Source: an uncultured Candidatus Saccharibacteria bacterium
GTDB lineage: Bacteria; Patescibacteriota; Saccharimonadia; Saccharimonadales; OMJO01
Direction: 5' to 3'
Assembly: GCA_964494415.1 (NCBI GenBank)
Contig: CAZBRC010000002.1
Span: 1-36,570 of the forward strand
DNA length: 36,570 bases
In this document: positions 1 to 7,543 of the stretch, piece by piece
Numbering within the stretch: the first letter of the stretch is position 1
Layout: every line of letters starts with the position of its first letter
Translations under genes and position numbers: made by a program
The notes under the pieces: model-generated
Databases searched by the model: none
What the model saw: the letters and a program-made list of their open reading frames with translations, nothing else
Told to the model about the DNA's origin: nothing

Positions 1-863
1 TTTTTGTCACTATCCAGCTCAGCCATTACATTTTTGAGCCGTTCCTCGAAATCACAGCGATATTTACTACCGGCGATCATTCCAGCTAAATCAAGCATAA
101 TTACCCGTTTATCTAGCAAACTGTCTGGTACGTCCTCGGCGGCAATACGCTGAGCCAGTCCCTCGACAATGGCGGTTTTACCAACACCAGGTTCACCAAT
201 TAAGACTGGGTTATTCTTAGTGCGCCGATTCAGGATGGTAATTACCCTTCTGGTCTGGGCCTCACGCCCAACCACTGGGTCAAGCTTACCGTTGCGAGCC
301 ATGTCGGTTAAATCGGTGCCAAAGAAGTCTAAGGCTGTTTTGCGACCTTTTTTCTGGCGACGCGAAGTGCCTGTGCCCTTATTGTCCCGCTCATCGTATT
401 GGTCACGGTTAAGGAATTGTTCCAGCTCGTTGGTAAGAGAATCGACATCAACATTCATGTCTTTGAGTAATAATGTAGCCCGAGCATTCTTTTGGCTGAG
501 TATGCTGTACAAAATATGTTCTGTACCGCAAAAGTCTTGGTTGTAATCCTGTGCTACCTCGTAAGCCATACGTAAAGTAAGCTTGGCCGTTTCACTTAAG
601 CCTTTGCCGCCTAAATTTATCACCAAGGTTTTTGGCGTGAGATTCAGAGCTAAGCGGGCACGGTCTAAGGTAACGCCAGCGTTTTCAAGAATCTTAGCAC
701 CCATACTCGAGTCTTGCGCCAAGACGCCGAGCAGGAGGTGTTCGGTGCCAATATAAGCACTACCGAAGCTCTGGGCAATTGCACCGGCATGTTTAATGCT
801 GTGCACTGCATTATCGGTAAGATGATTAATGAATTCGTTGAAATCTGCGCTGTTTGGCATCAT
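1..863 (-). CDS. clpC: Clp/Hsp100 AAA+ chaperone ATPase (ClpC/ClpB type), N-terminal 287 codons; gene continues past window start
   Basis: Not in the ORF track because it is open at the window edge. My minus-strand translation from ATG-ATG (863/860) gives [48 protein letters not shown]...[10 protein letters not shown] (two Clp_N repeats), then [49 protein letters not shown] (Walker A of NBD1). A GGTGGA SD lies about 10 nt upstream. An in-frame TGA at 933-935 bounds the ORF. ClpC versus ClpB cannot be decided from this fragment. Confidence 0.85.
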   Translation of the reverse strand, partial: MMPNSADFNEFINHLTDNAVHSIKHAGAIAQSFGSAYIGTEHLLLGVLAQDSSMGAKILENAGVTLDRARLALNLTPKTLVINLGGKGLSETAKLTLRMAYEVAQDYNQDFCGTEHILYSILSQKNARATLLLKDMNVDVDSLTNELEQFLNRDQYDERDNKGTGTSRRQKKGRKTALDFFGTDLTDMARNGKLDPVVGREAQTRRVITILNRRTKNNPVLIGEPGVGKTAIVEGLAQRIAAEDVPDSLLDKRVIMLDLAGMIAGSKYRCDFEERLKNVMAELDSDK

Positions 864-948
864 TTGTGTAGTCCACCATTCTAGCGATACCCTTAGATGG
901 TTTTCGCTACTTTTATGATACCCAGCTAGCACTCATGAGTCAAGAGTG

Positions 949-2136
949 CTAATTTTGGCTAGATTCTGCCTTGGTCTCTTCGGTACCGTGCTCTTCGATT
1001 GCTTCGATGAGCGATGATTCTAGTTGCTCTTTTTTCTTAAGCTTGGGACGAGGTGCCGGCGTAACGGCCTCTGGGGTTTCTTCGACTGGAGCCGCATTGC
1101 CATCGGCCACAATATCGATGTCAAAGCCAGTAAGCTTGCTGGCTAAACGAACGTTCTGTCCGCTCTTACCAATAGCGATGCTTTGTTGATCTTCTGGCAC
1201 AAACACCTGGGCTTTTTTAGTGGCATCATCGATAGTAACTTTGTTTACTTTAGTCGGGCTCAGCGCATTGGTGATGTAGGTAGCCAGATCAGCGTCCCAT
1301 ACAATGATGTCGATTTTCTCTTGTTCACCAATTTCACTCATGACAGCGTTCACACGAGTACCGTGACCACCTACAAATGTACCAACAGCATCAATGCCTT
1401 GGACGGTGCTGTGAACTGCAATCTTGGTACGGACACCAGCCTCACGAGCGATATCCTTGATTTCTACGGCACCGTTTTCCATCTCTGGCACTTCCCCACG
1501 GAACAGCCACTCAATGAACTCTTTACAGGCTCGCGAGACTACCAACTGTGGACCCCGGAAACCACGTTCCACATCTTTTAGAAATACCTTCAGGCGTTGA
1601 CCCGGGTAGTAGCGCTCACCCTGGATTTGTTCACTGGCCGGCATAATGCCTTGAGCCTTGCCCAGATCTACGCGTACAATACGGCCCTCAACTCGAGCCA
1701 CGATGGCATTAATTACTGTGCCGATTTTGTCTTCGTACTCAGTCATAATGATTTCGCGCTCGGCTTCACGAAGTCGTTGCAAAATAACCTGTTTTGCAGT
1801 TTGAGCGGCGACTCGTCCAAAGTGTTCGACTTTCTCGTGTACTTCAACTTCTTCGCCAACCTTGGCATTCTTACGAATGAGCTGGGCGTTAGTCAGATCA
1901 ATTTCGTAATGTGGATCTTCGACGGCTTCAACAACTTCTTTGCTGATATAGGCATCGACTTCACCATTGTTGAGGTTCATAGTGACGCGTACTTCTTGTT
2001 CGCGGTCACCATAATCACGACGATAGGCAGCCGCTAAGGCTTGTTCTACTGCCTCTTGGACGGTTTCGGTTGGTAAGTTTTTCTCTTCGGCAATGGTTTT
2101 GACGGCCAGTGCTAGTTGTTTTGTGTCGAGTTCCAT
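949..2136 (-). CDS. nusA: Transcription termination/antitermination factor NusA (395 aa from ATG 2136)
   Basis: MELDTKQLALAVKTIAEEKNLPTETVQEAVEQALAAAYRR matches canonical NusA N-termini. S1 and tandem KH regions follow (GTRVNAVMSEIGEQEKIDIIVW, AIGKSGQNVRLASKLTG). An AAGGAA SD lies 8 nt upstream of ATG 2136. The ORF-track start at 2211 would add 25 non-homologous residues and cover the leader hairpin. The C-terminal tail is acidic and Pro-rich. Confidence 0.92.
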   Translation of the reverse strand: MELDTKQLALAVKTIAEEKNLPTETVQEAVEQALAAAYRRDYGDREQEVRVTMNLNNGEVDAYISKEVVEAVEDPHYEIDLTNAQLIRKNAKVGEEVEVHEKVEHFGRVAAQTAKQVILQRLREAEREIIMTEYEDKIGTVINAIVARVEGRIVRVDLGKAQGIMPASEQIQGERYYPGQRLKVFLKDVERGFRGPQLVVSRACKEFIEWLFRGEVPEMENGAVEIKDIAREAGVRTKIAVHSTVQGIDAVGTFVGGHGTRVNAVMSEIGEQEKIDIIVWDADLATYITNALSPTKVNKVTIDDATKKAQVFVPEDQQSIAIGKSGQNVRLASKLTGFDIDIVADGNAAPVEETPEAVTPAPRPKLKKKEQLESSLIEAIEEHGTEETKAESSQN

Positions 2137-2163
2137 AGTCTGAATTCCTTGGTTATTCTTATT

Positions 2164-2187
2164 AAAAAATCCGACCAGGCGGCCGGA
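2164..2187 (-). promoter_or_regulatory. Intrinsic-terminator-like hairpin plus U6 in the nusA 5' leader (candidate attenuator)
   Basis: The minus-strand RNA reads UCCGGCC-GCCU-GGUCGGA followed directly by UUUUUU. This is a 7-bp GC-rich stem with one G.U pair. On the plus strand the same position is an A.C mismatch, so the structure is strand-specific. It ends 27 nt upstream of the nusA ATG and lies downstream of the candidate promoter at 2200-2228. Confidence 0.4.
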
Positions 2188-2199
2188 CGAACTACGCAA

Positions 2200-2228
2200 A
2201 GTATAACTCACTTGGTTAATTAAGTAAA
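2200..2228 (-). promoter_or_regulatory. Candidate sigma70-type promoter for nusA (TTTACT-17 nt-TATACT)
   Basis: The minus strand reads TTTACT (2228-2223), a 17-nt spacer, then TATACT (2205-2200). The predicted transcription start site (TSS) lies a few nt upstream of the leader hairpin. Confidence 0.35.
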
Positions 2229-2259
2229 GACAGCCACCATTGCTCGGAATAAGTCATGA

Positions 2260-2265
2260 TAGAAT
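2260..2265 (+). promoter_or_regulatory. -10-like TAGAAT 7 nt upstream of the pepN ATG (leaderless pattern)
   Basis: The sequence is gaTAGAATtaagcacATG with no SD between. Confidence 0.35.
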
Positions 2266-2272
2266 TAAGCAC

Positions 2273-4846
2273 ATGGCCAAATCTGTTACCAGACTATACG
2301 ACTCGTTTCATCCAAATCATTATGACCTGTCATTGGATATAGACGATAGCGCCCTAACTTTTACCGGAACGGTAGTAATCACTGGCAACAAAGTTGGACG
2401 ACCAAGTCATCGAATCAGCTTCCACCAAAAAGATTTAAAAATTCTGAACGCCAGTATCACTCATGTGGGTAAACGGGGCGAGAGCACCATAACGGTTGAT
2501 CGCATAAATCGTCAAAAGTCGGCTGACGAAGTTCGACTGCACACTACCGAACCATTGCTGCCGGGAGTTTATGTAGTGACTATTAAATTTAGCGGCAAAA
2601 TCACCGCGCCGATGCAGGGTATATATCCTTCGAACTTTAAGCACAACGGTAAGGATAAGCTCATAATTACTACTCAGTTTGAGAGTAACCATGCCCGCGA
2701 AGCGTTCCCCTGTATTGACGAACCAGAAGCCAAGGCGATGTTTGATTTAACTCTTCAAACTGTGGCAAACGTGGCGGTCGTCAGTAACATGCCGCAAACA
2801 AGCCAAAAACCTGCCGGAAAAGACCGTCAAATTACACAATTCAAAACCACTCCTAAGATGTCACCGTATCTGCTAGCCTTTGCGTTTGGCGAAATGCACT
2901 CGTACGAAGCAACGACTAAAGACGGAGTAATCGTACGAAGTTGGTGCAGTGTTGCCCAGCCTGCAGAGTTGCTGCACTACTCAGTAGATGAGGGTGTTAA
3001 GATCTTGGAATTCTTCACCGATTATTTTGGAGTACCGTTTCCGTTAAGTAAGTGTGATCAGATCGCCCTGCCCGATTTTGATGCCGGAGCCATGGAAAAC
3101 TGGGGAATGATTACGTACCGTGAGGCTACCTTGTTGGCAGATCCCAATAACCGCTCTATTTCGAACGAACAATTTGTCACGTTGGTAATCGCCCACGAGA
3201 TGTCTCACCAGTGGTTTGGCAATCTCGTCACCATGAAGTGGTGGGATGACTTATGGCTGAACGAAAGTTTTGCTGCCATCATGGAGCATTTAGCACCAGA
3301 CCACATCCACCCCGATTGGCACCAATGGGAGTTATATAGTTCGACTGATATTATCACTACTACATCACGAGATATCTACAAAGGCATACAGCCTGTAAGT
3401 GTCGAGGTTACTGATCCTAATCTCATCGAGACCATCTTTGACCCAACTATTGTCTATGCTAAGGGTGCACGTCTTATAAAGATGCTCCGCGAGTACATTG
3501 GTGACGAAGCCTTCACGAAAGGCTTAACCGCTTACTTTAATAAGCACGCCTACGGCAATACCCAGCGGGCTGATTTGTGGGAAACATTAAGCAATGCCAG
3601 CGGCAAAGACATTGATGCGCTGATGACGCCTTGGCTAAAACAACCCGGGTTACCAGTTTTACACGTCGACCAAAATAAACAAGAACTTACCATAGCGCAA
3701 GAACGGTTCATGCTGGATGCTTCGGGCAGCCATCAGCTATGGCCGATACCACTCTTGGCGAACCAACCTCTGAGCCAAGACCTAATCTCTAAGCCAAACA
3801 CCACACTGACGACAAGCAGTAAAGATTTTGTCGTATTAAATCAGTATGGGAGCGGCCATTTCATTACTCATTACATGAATCCAGATCACCGCGCCGCAAT
3901 TGTATCAGCGGTTCAGTCGCGCAGCCTACCAACCGAAGCCCGCATCAACATCCTCAATGACAGCCTATTGCTAGCACGACATGGCGACGACAGTCTTACA
4001 TCTACGCTTGATATCATTGTCGACTGCGCGACTGAACCGCGCGATAGTGTCTGGGGTCTGATTAGCCAGGCGATTGGCTATGCACGCGTTTTAACAGATG
4101 GTGACACTGAGTCTGAAACCATGCTGAAAGCGCTGCGTAAAAAACTTGCCCATAAACAATATGCAACCTTGGGCTGGGAAGACCGCCCTAAAGATGACCC
4201 GAATACTAAACAGTTGCGCCATACCATGATCGCTTTAATGGTTGCATCAGAAGACAAAGAAGCAATTAAAACAGCCTTATCTTTGTATAAGAACGCTGCG
4301 TCTCTAGAGACCTTGCCTGCTGAGCTGCGCAACACTATCTTGGCCGCCGCGGTTAAATATGGTGAAGCATCAGTTGTGGCTGAGCTCATCCGGGCATACC
4401 CCGATGCAAGTGCCGAATTACAGCAAGATATTACTAGTGGCTTAAGCGCAACCAAAGATCCAGCTATCGCTCAAAAAATTCTTCGACAAGCTCTTGGCAA
4501 AGATGGATTCGTTCGCCCGCAAGACATCATGCGCTGGTTTGTATTATTTTTACGTAACCCTTATAGCCGTGAGGTTGCCTGGCAATTCTTGGTAGATGAA
4601 TGGTCATGGTTCCAGGCCACGCTCGGCCAGAGTAAATCGTTTGACTTCTTGCCAACATACTGCGCCAGCGCCATTACCACTAAAGCCTGGGCAGATACCT
4701 ACAGGAAATTTTTCGAGCCCAAGCGCAAGATTAAGACACTTGAGCACAACATTGTCTTGGGGTATGCCGACATCGACGCTCGCGTTGCCTGGCGGACACG
4801 AGACGAAGCTACCATAAAACGCTGGCTGCAAGCTAACACGAAGTAA
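2273..4846 (+). CDS. pepN: M1-family aminopeptidase N
   Basis: GAMENWG exopeptidase motif and HEMSHQWFGNLVTMKWWDDLWLNESFA (HExxH-x18-E zinc site). The length of about 857 aa includes the C-terminal ERAP1-like region. I prefer ATG 2273 over TTG 2240 (the ORF-track start) because of the -10 hexamer 7 nt upstream. Confidence 0.9.
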   Translation: MAKSVTRLYDSFHPNHYDLSLDIDDSALTFTGTVVITGNKVGRPSHRISFHQKDLKILNASITHVGKRGESTITVDRINRQKSADEVRLHTTEPLLPGVYVVTIKFSGKITAPMQGIYPSNFKHNGKDKLIITTQFESNHAREAFPCIDEPEAKAMFDLTLQTVANVAVVSNMPQTSQKPAGKDRQITQFKTTPKMSPYLLAFAFGEMHSYEATTKDGVIVRSWCSVAQPAELLHYSVDEGVKILEFFTDYFGVPFPLSKCDQIALPDFDAGAMENWGMITYREATLLADPNNRSISNEQFVTLVIAHEMSHQWFGNLVTMKWWDDLWLNESFAAIMEHLAPDHIHPDWHQWELYSSTDIITTTSRDIYKGIQPVSVEVTDPNLIETIFDPTIVYAKGARLIKMLREYIGDEAFTKGLTAYFNKHAYGNTQRADLWETLSNASGKDIDALMTPWLKQPGLPVLHVDQNKQELTIAQERFMLDASGSHQLWPIPLLANQPLSQDLISKPNTTLTTSSKDFVVLNQYGSGHFITHYMNPDHRAAIVSAVQSRSLPTEARINILNDSLLLARHGDDSLTSTLDIIVDCATEPRDSVWGLISQAIGYARVLTDGDTESETMLKALRKKLAHKQYATLGWEDRPKDDPNTKQLRHTMIALMVASEDKEAIKTALSLYKNAASLETLPAELRNTILAAAVKYGEASVVAELIRAYPDASAELQQDITSGLSATKDPAIAQKILRQALGKDGFVRPQDIMRWFVLFLRNPYSREVAWQFLVDEWSWFQATLGQSKSFDFLPTYCASAITTKAWADTYRKFFEPKRKIKTLEHNIVLGYADIDARVAWRTRDEATIKRWLQANTK

Positions 4847-5168
4847 AAGCCGTAACCTCAAAATACGGCCCGGTCACTTCTAGGGCAGCAATGTCATAAT
4901 CTCCAAACCAGTTAAAGTGTTTTATCCACATCTCAGCCGCAAAGTACATCTGTCGTTGTTTTTTGTCTGTAATATAATCCAGCCCTTTGCCTTGTGTGTG
5001 CTGGCGCCTATATTTAACTTCAACAAACCAAATTACACCCTTGTGGGCAGCAACGATATCGATCTCACAGTAGCGCGTGCGCCAATTGCGTTGAATAATG
5101 CTATAGTCGTGGCGCAGTAAATACGATGCCGCAACTTGCTCGGCTTTTCTGCCAATTTCTACTGACAT
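4833..5168 (-). CDS. yraN: YraN-family (UPF0102) predicted endonuclease
   Basis: 111 aa. GRKAEQVAASYLLRHDYSIIQRNWRTRYCEIDIVAAHKGVIWFVEVKYR fits the YraN restriction-endonuclease-like core (E..D..EVK). Its ATG overlaps the rnhB stop (TAATG at 5166-5170). Confidence 0.75.
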   Translation of the reverse strand: MSVEIGRKAEQVAASYLLRHDYSIIQRNWRTRYCEIDIVAAHKGVIWFVEVKYRRQHTQGKGLDYITDKKQRQMYFAAEMWIKHFNWFGDYDIAALEVTGPYFEVTAFTSC

Positions 5169-5728
5169 TACAGACCTGCAAGCGTTTTGATGGGGGTAAA
5201 TGATAAGCGATGCAACGCACTGACGCCATGCATTTTTAGTGCATCACTATGTTCTTTAGTCCCATAACCGACGTGCCGCCCAAAACCGTACTCTGGAAAT
5301 TGTAAATCCTGTTGGGCCATAAAGGCATCACGGGTGACCTTAGCGTAAATACTGGCAGCACTGACTATGGGATATAGGTTGTCGGCTTTGGCTTGGCAAT
5401 GGACGTTGGGAAACTGTCTATCGCAGTAGTTAACCGTACCGTCCATAATAATATGTTCTGAGGCAGTCGCATCAATAACTTTTAAAGCACGGGCCACGCC
5501 AATGCGCATAGCTTCGGCCAACCCCCATTTGTCGATTTCTTGGGCACTCACCCAACCCTCACCCAGTTCGCAACACAAGCGAATGTCGGCCGAAAGCTGT
5601 TCTCGGCGATGTTTAGTGAGTAATTTAGAGTCTTTCAGCCCACGCGGCAAATCAGCCGACTGTCTGGCCGCCACAATTAATAGCGGCCCTGCCCAGCATC
5701 CTCGACCAACCTCATCAATTCCGATCAT
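5168..5728 (-). CDS. rnhB: Ribonuclease HII
   Basis: MIGIDEVGRGCWAGPLLIVAA is the typical RNase HII N-terminus (GIDEVGRG), and the catalytic DSK motif is present. I prefer start 5728 over 5755 because the rplS terminator hairpin spans 5747-5765. Confidence 0.85.
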   Translation of the reverse strand: MIGIDEVGRGCWAGPLLIVAARQSADLPRGLKDSKLLTKHRREQLSADIRLCCELGEGWVSAQEIDKWGLAEAMRIGVARALKVIDATASEHIIMDGTVNYCDRQFPNVHCQAKADNLYPIVSAASIYAKVTRDAFMAQQDLQFPEYGFGRHVGYGTKEHSDALKMHGVSALHRLSFTPIKTLAGL

Positions 5729-5742
5729 GCTTTTAGCATAAC

Positions 5743-5765
5743 AAAAACCGCTCATAGCGAGCGGT
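5743..5765 (-). terminator. Rho-independent terminator after rplS
   Basis: The minus-strand RNA reads ACCGCUC-GCUAU-GAGCGGU followed by UUUUGUU. This is a perfect 7-bp stem starting 27 nt after the rplS stop codon. The U-tract exists only on the minus-strand transcript. Confidence 0.45.
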
Positions 5766-5792
5766 ATTTAAGTAGTTTTTAATACTTTTACG

Positions 5793-6326
5793 TTACTTGG
5801 TGCTACCGGTATCGTCTGTGTGCTTAGCAGCAGCGGCTTCAAATTTAGCTTCTTGGTCGGCTTCATCCTTAGCTTTTTCTTGGGCTTCGGCCTCGTGTTG
5901 CTTGTCGGCCTCGGCCTTCAGTTTTTCTGCTTCGGCCTCGGCTTTTACGTCATGAACAGCGTTTACGCCTTCGCGGTCAAAATCTACACCAGTTAGGCGG
6001 GCTGCCTTACCGGTGCGCGCTCGCATGTAGGTTAAGTAGTTGCGGCGAACTTTGCTACGTTTAGTAACTTCAACCTTCACTACCAAGGGGCTGTGAAGGA
6101 GAAAACTCTTTTCAACACCAACGCCACTAGAGATACGACGTACCGTGATACGGGAGGTGTGGCTGTTTTTTCGGTCAGTACGTATAACTAGACCCTGGAA
6201 TACCTGCACTCGCTCTTTGTTACCTTCGCGAATACGTTGGTGGACTCGTACAGTGTCTCCACTGCGCACGTCGACAACAGCTGCCTTTTTATAACTATCG
6301 TTAAGTTTTTGCATAACAGATGACAT
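5793..6326 (-). CDS. rplS: 50S ribosomal protein L19 with a roughly 60-aa Ala/Glu/Lys-rich C-terminal extension
   Basis: MQKLNDSYKK...GDTVRVHQRIREGNKERVQVFQGLVI...ITVRRISSGVGVEKSFLLHSPLVVKVEV..RSKVRRNYLTYMR is collinear with bacterial L19. An alternative start is ATG 6314 (MQKL). The tail is VKAEAEAEKLKAEADKQHEAEAQEKAKDEADQEAKFEAAAAKHTDDTGSTK. Confidence 0.9.
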   Translation of the reverse strand: MSSVMQKLNDSYKKAAVVDVRSGDTVRVHQRIREGNKERVQVFQGLVIRTDRKNSHTSRITVRRISSGVGVEKSFLLHSPLVVKVEVTKRSKVRRNYLTYMRARTGKAARLTGVDFDREGVNAVHDVKAEAEAEKLKAEADKQHEAEAQEKAKDEADQEAKFEAAAAKHTDDTGSTK

Positions 6327-6409
6327 AACCAGTAGATTCTACACTAATAGAGACTTTTACGCAACACTCTTTACTGGACAGGTCAGGTTAGTAATGCGAA
6401 ACTTGGAGT

Positions 6410-7543
6410 ATGAATTATGCCGAGGAAGCGCTCAACAAACACAAACAACTAAAGGGCAAATTGTCTATCAAACTCAAAGATGAACTTGATACCCCGGATA
6501 AACTAAGCACTTACTACACACCGGGCGTTGGCGCAGTCTCATCATACGTGGCCGAACATCCGAGCGAAGCCCGCGACTACACCTGGCTCAACAACAGCGT
6601 TGCAGTCGTGAGCGACGGTTCGGCGGTGCTGGGTTTGGGTGACATCGGTCCATTGGGTGCTCTGCCAGTCATGGAAGGTAAGGCTATGCTTTTTAAGCAC
6701 TTTGCGGACATTGACGCCGTACCAATCGTACTAGACGTCCACAGTGCCGATGAGATTGTCGCGACCGTTAAGGCTATCGCTCCGAGCTTTGGTGGCATAA
6801 ATCTAGAGGACATTGCCGCGCCCATCTGTTTTGAAGTTGAAGAGCGTCTAAAGGCAGACTTGCCGATACCTGTGATGCACGATGACCAACACGGCACGGC
6901 TATCGTCGTCTTAGCTGGGCTGATTAACGCAATGAAACTCACTGGTAAAAAACTGTCAGATACTCGCATCGTGGTGGTTGGCGCCGGGGCAGCCGGCACG
7001 GCAGTCATGAAACTCCTCTATAGATATGCTAAACCGACTATTCTGGCGGTTGACAGCAAGGGTATCGTCAGCCCTGATCGCAAGGACTTAAACGATGACA
7101 AACGTGCCTTACTTTCATTTACTAATCGGTCCAAGCTAAGTGGTTCACTAGAAGATGCTTTAAAAGGAGCAGATATATTCATTGGCGTATCTAAAGCCGG
7201 ACTACTCACTGCTGCCATGGTCAAAACTATGGCAGATCATCCAATTATTTTTGCTATGGCCAATCCAGTGCCAGAAATCATGCCTGACGAGGCCAAAGCT
7301 GCTGGTGTTGCCATTATGGCTACCGGACGGAGTGATTTCCCTAATCAAGTTAATAATGCCCTGGCCTTTCCAGGAATTTTTCGGGGTGCGCTCGACAACC
7401 GAGTGACTAAGATTACCGACGATCACAAAATTGCTGCTGCCGAAGTTATTGCCGGCTTAGTCGAAACCGTCGATGCCGACCACATCATTCCTTCCGTCCT
7501 CGACGCCCGATTGGTTCCCGAAATTGCTAAAGTAATCGTTTAA
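6410..7543 (+). CDS. NAD(P)-dependent malic enzyme, short (377 aa) form
   Basis: YTPGVGAVS, VVSDGSAVLGLGDIGPLGALPVMEGKAMLFK, GGINLEDI, HDDQHGTAIV and the VVVGAGAAG Rossmann motif are all collinear with prokaryotic malic enzymes. Confidence 0.85.
   Translation: MNYAEEALNKHKQLKGKLSIKLKDELDTPDKLSTYYTPGVGAVSSYVAEHPSEARDYTWLNNSVAVVSDGSAVLGLGDIGPLGALPVMEGKAMLFKHFADIDAVPIVLDVHSADEIVATVKAIAPSFGGINLEDIAAPICFEVEERLKADLPIPVMHDDQHGTAIVVLAGLINAMKLTGKKLSDTRIVVVGAGAAGTAVMKLLYRYAKPTILAVDSKGIVSPDRKDLNDDKRALLSFTNRSKLSGSLEDALKGADIFIGVSKAGLLTAAMVKTMADHPIIFAMANPVPEIMPDEAKAAGVAIMATGRSDFPNQVNNALAFPGIFRGALDNRVTKITDDHKIAAAEVIAGLVETVDADHIIPSVLDARLVPEIAKVIV

Noticed and set aside
864-948. A CtsR operator (tandem GGTCAAA heptads) upstream of clpC.
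   Set aside because: Only a single GAGTCAA is present, and it lies inside the hairpin loop. There is no direct heptad repeat.
971-2037. Three head-to-tail plus-strand ORFs (72, 132 and 146 aa) covering nearly all of nusA in antisense.
   Set aside because: They have no SD or -10 signals and their products have odd composition. The minus-strand frame, by contrast, has unmistakable NusA homology end to end. This is most likely a by-product of codon bias leaving the antisense frame free of stops. The same reasoning applies to the other antisense or alternate-frame ORFs in the track inside pepN, dnaE, gatA, gatB, uvrB, gap and trxB.
2137-2211. Longer N-terminal extensions offered by the ORF track: nusA from 2211, rnhB from 5755, ytxH from 15307 and rpiB from 29792.
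   Set aside because: In each case an internal ATG gives a canonical family N-terminus, with a good SD (nusA, ytxH) or a tight fit to the upstream stop (rpiB). The extension would overlap a hairpin/terminator or the upstream gene.
5880-5945. Short repeated cttcggcctcg / gtcggcctcggcc motifs that look like a tandem repeat.
   Set aside because: They are the coding DNA for the Glu/Ala/Lys-rich L19 tail (the antisense of GAG GCC GAA codons). They have no regular spacer structure, so this is neither a CRISPR array nor a satellite.
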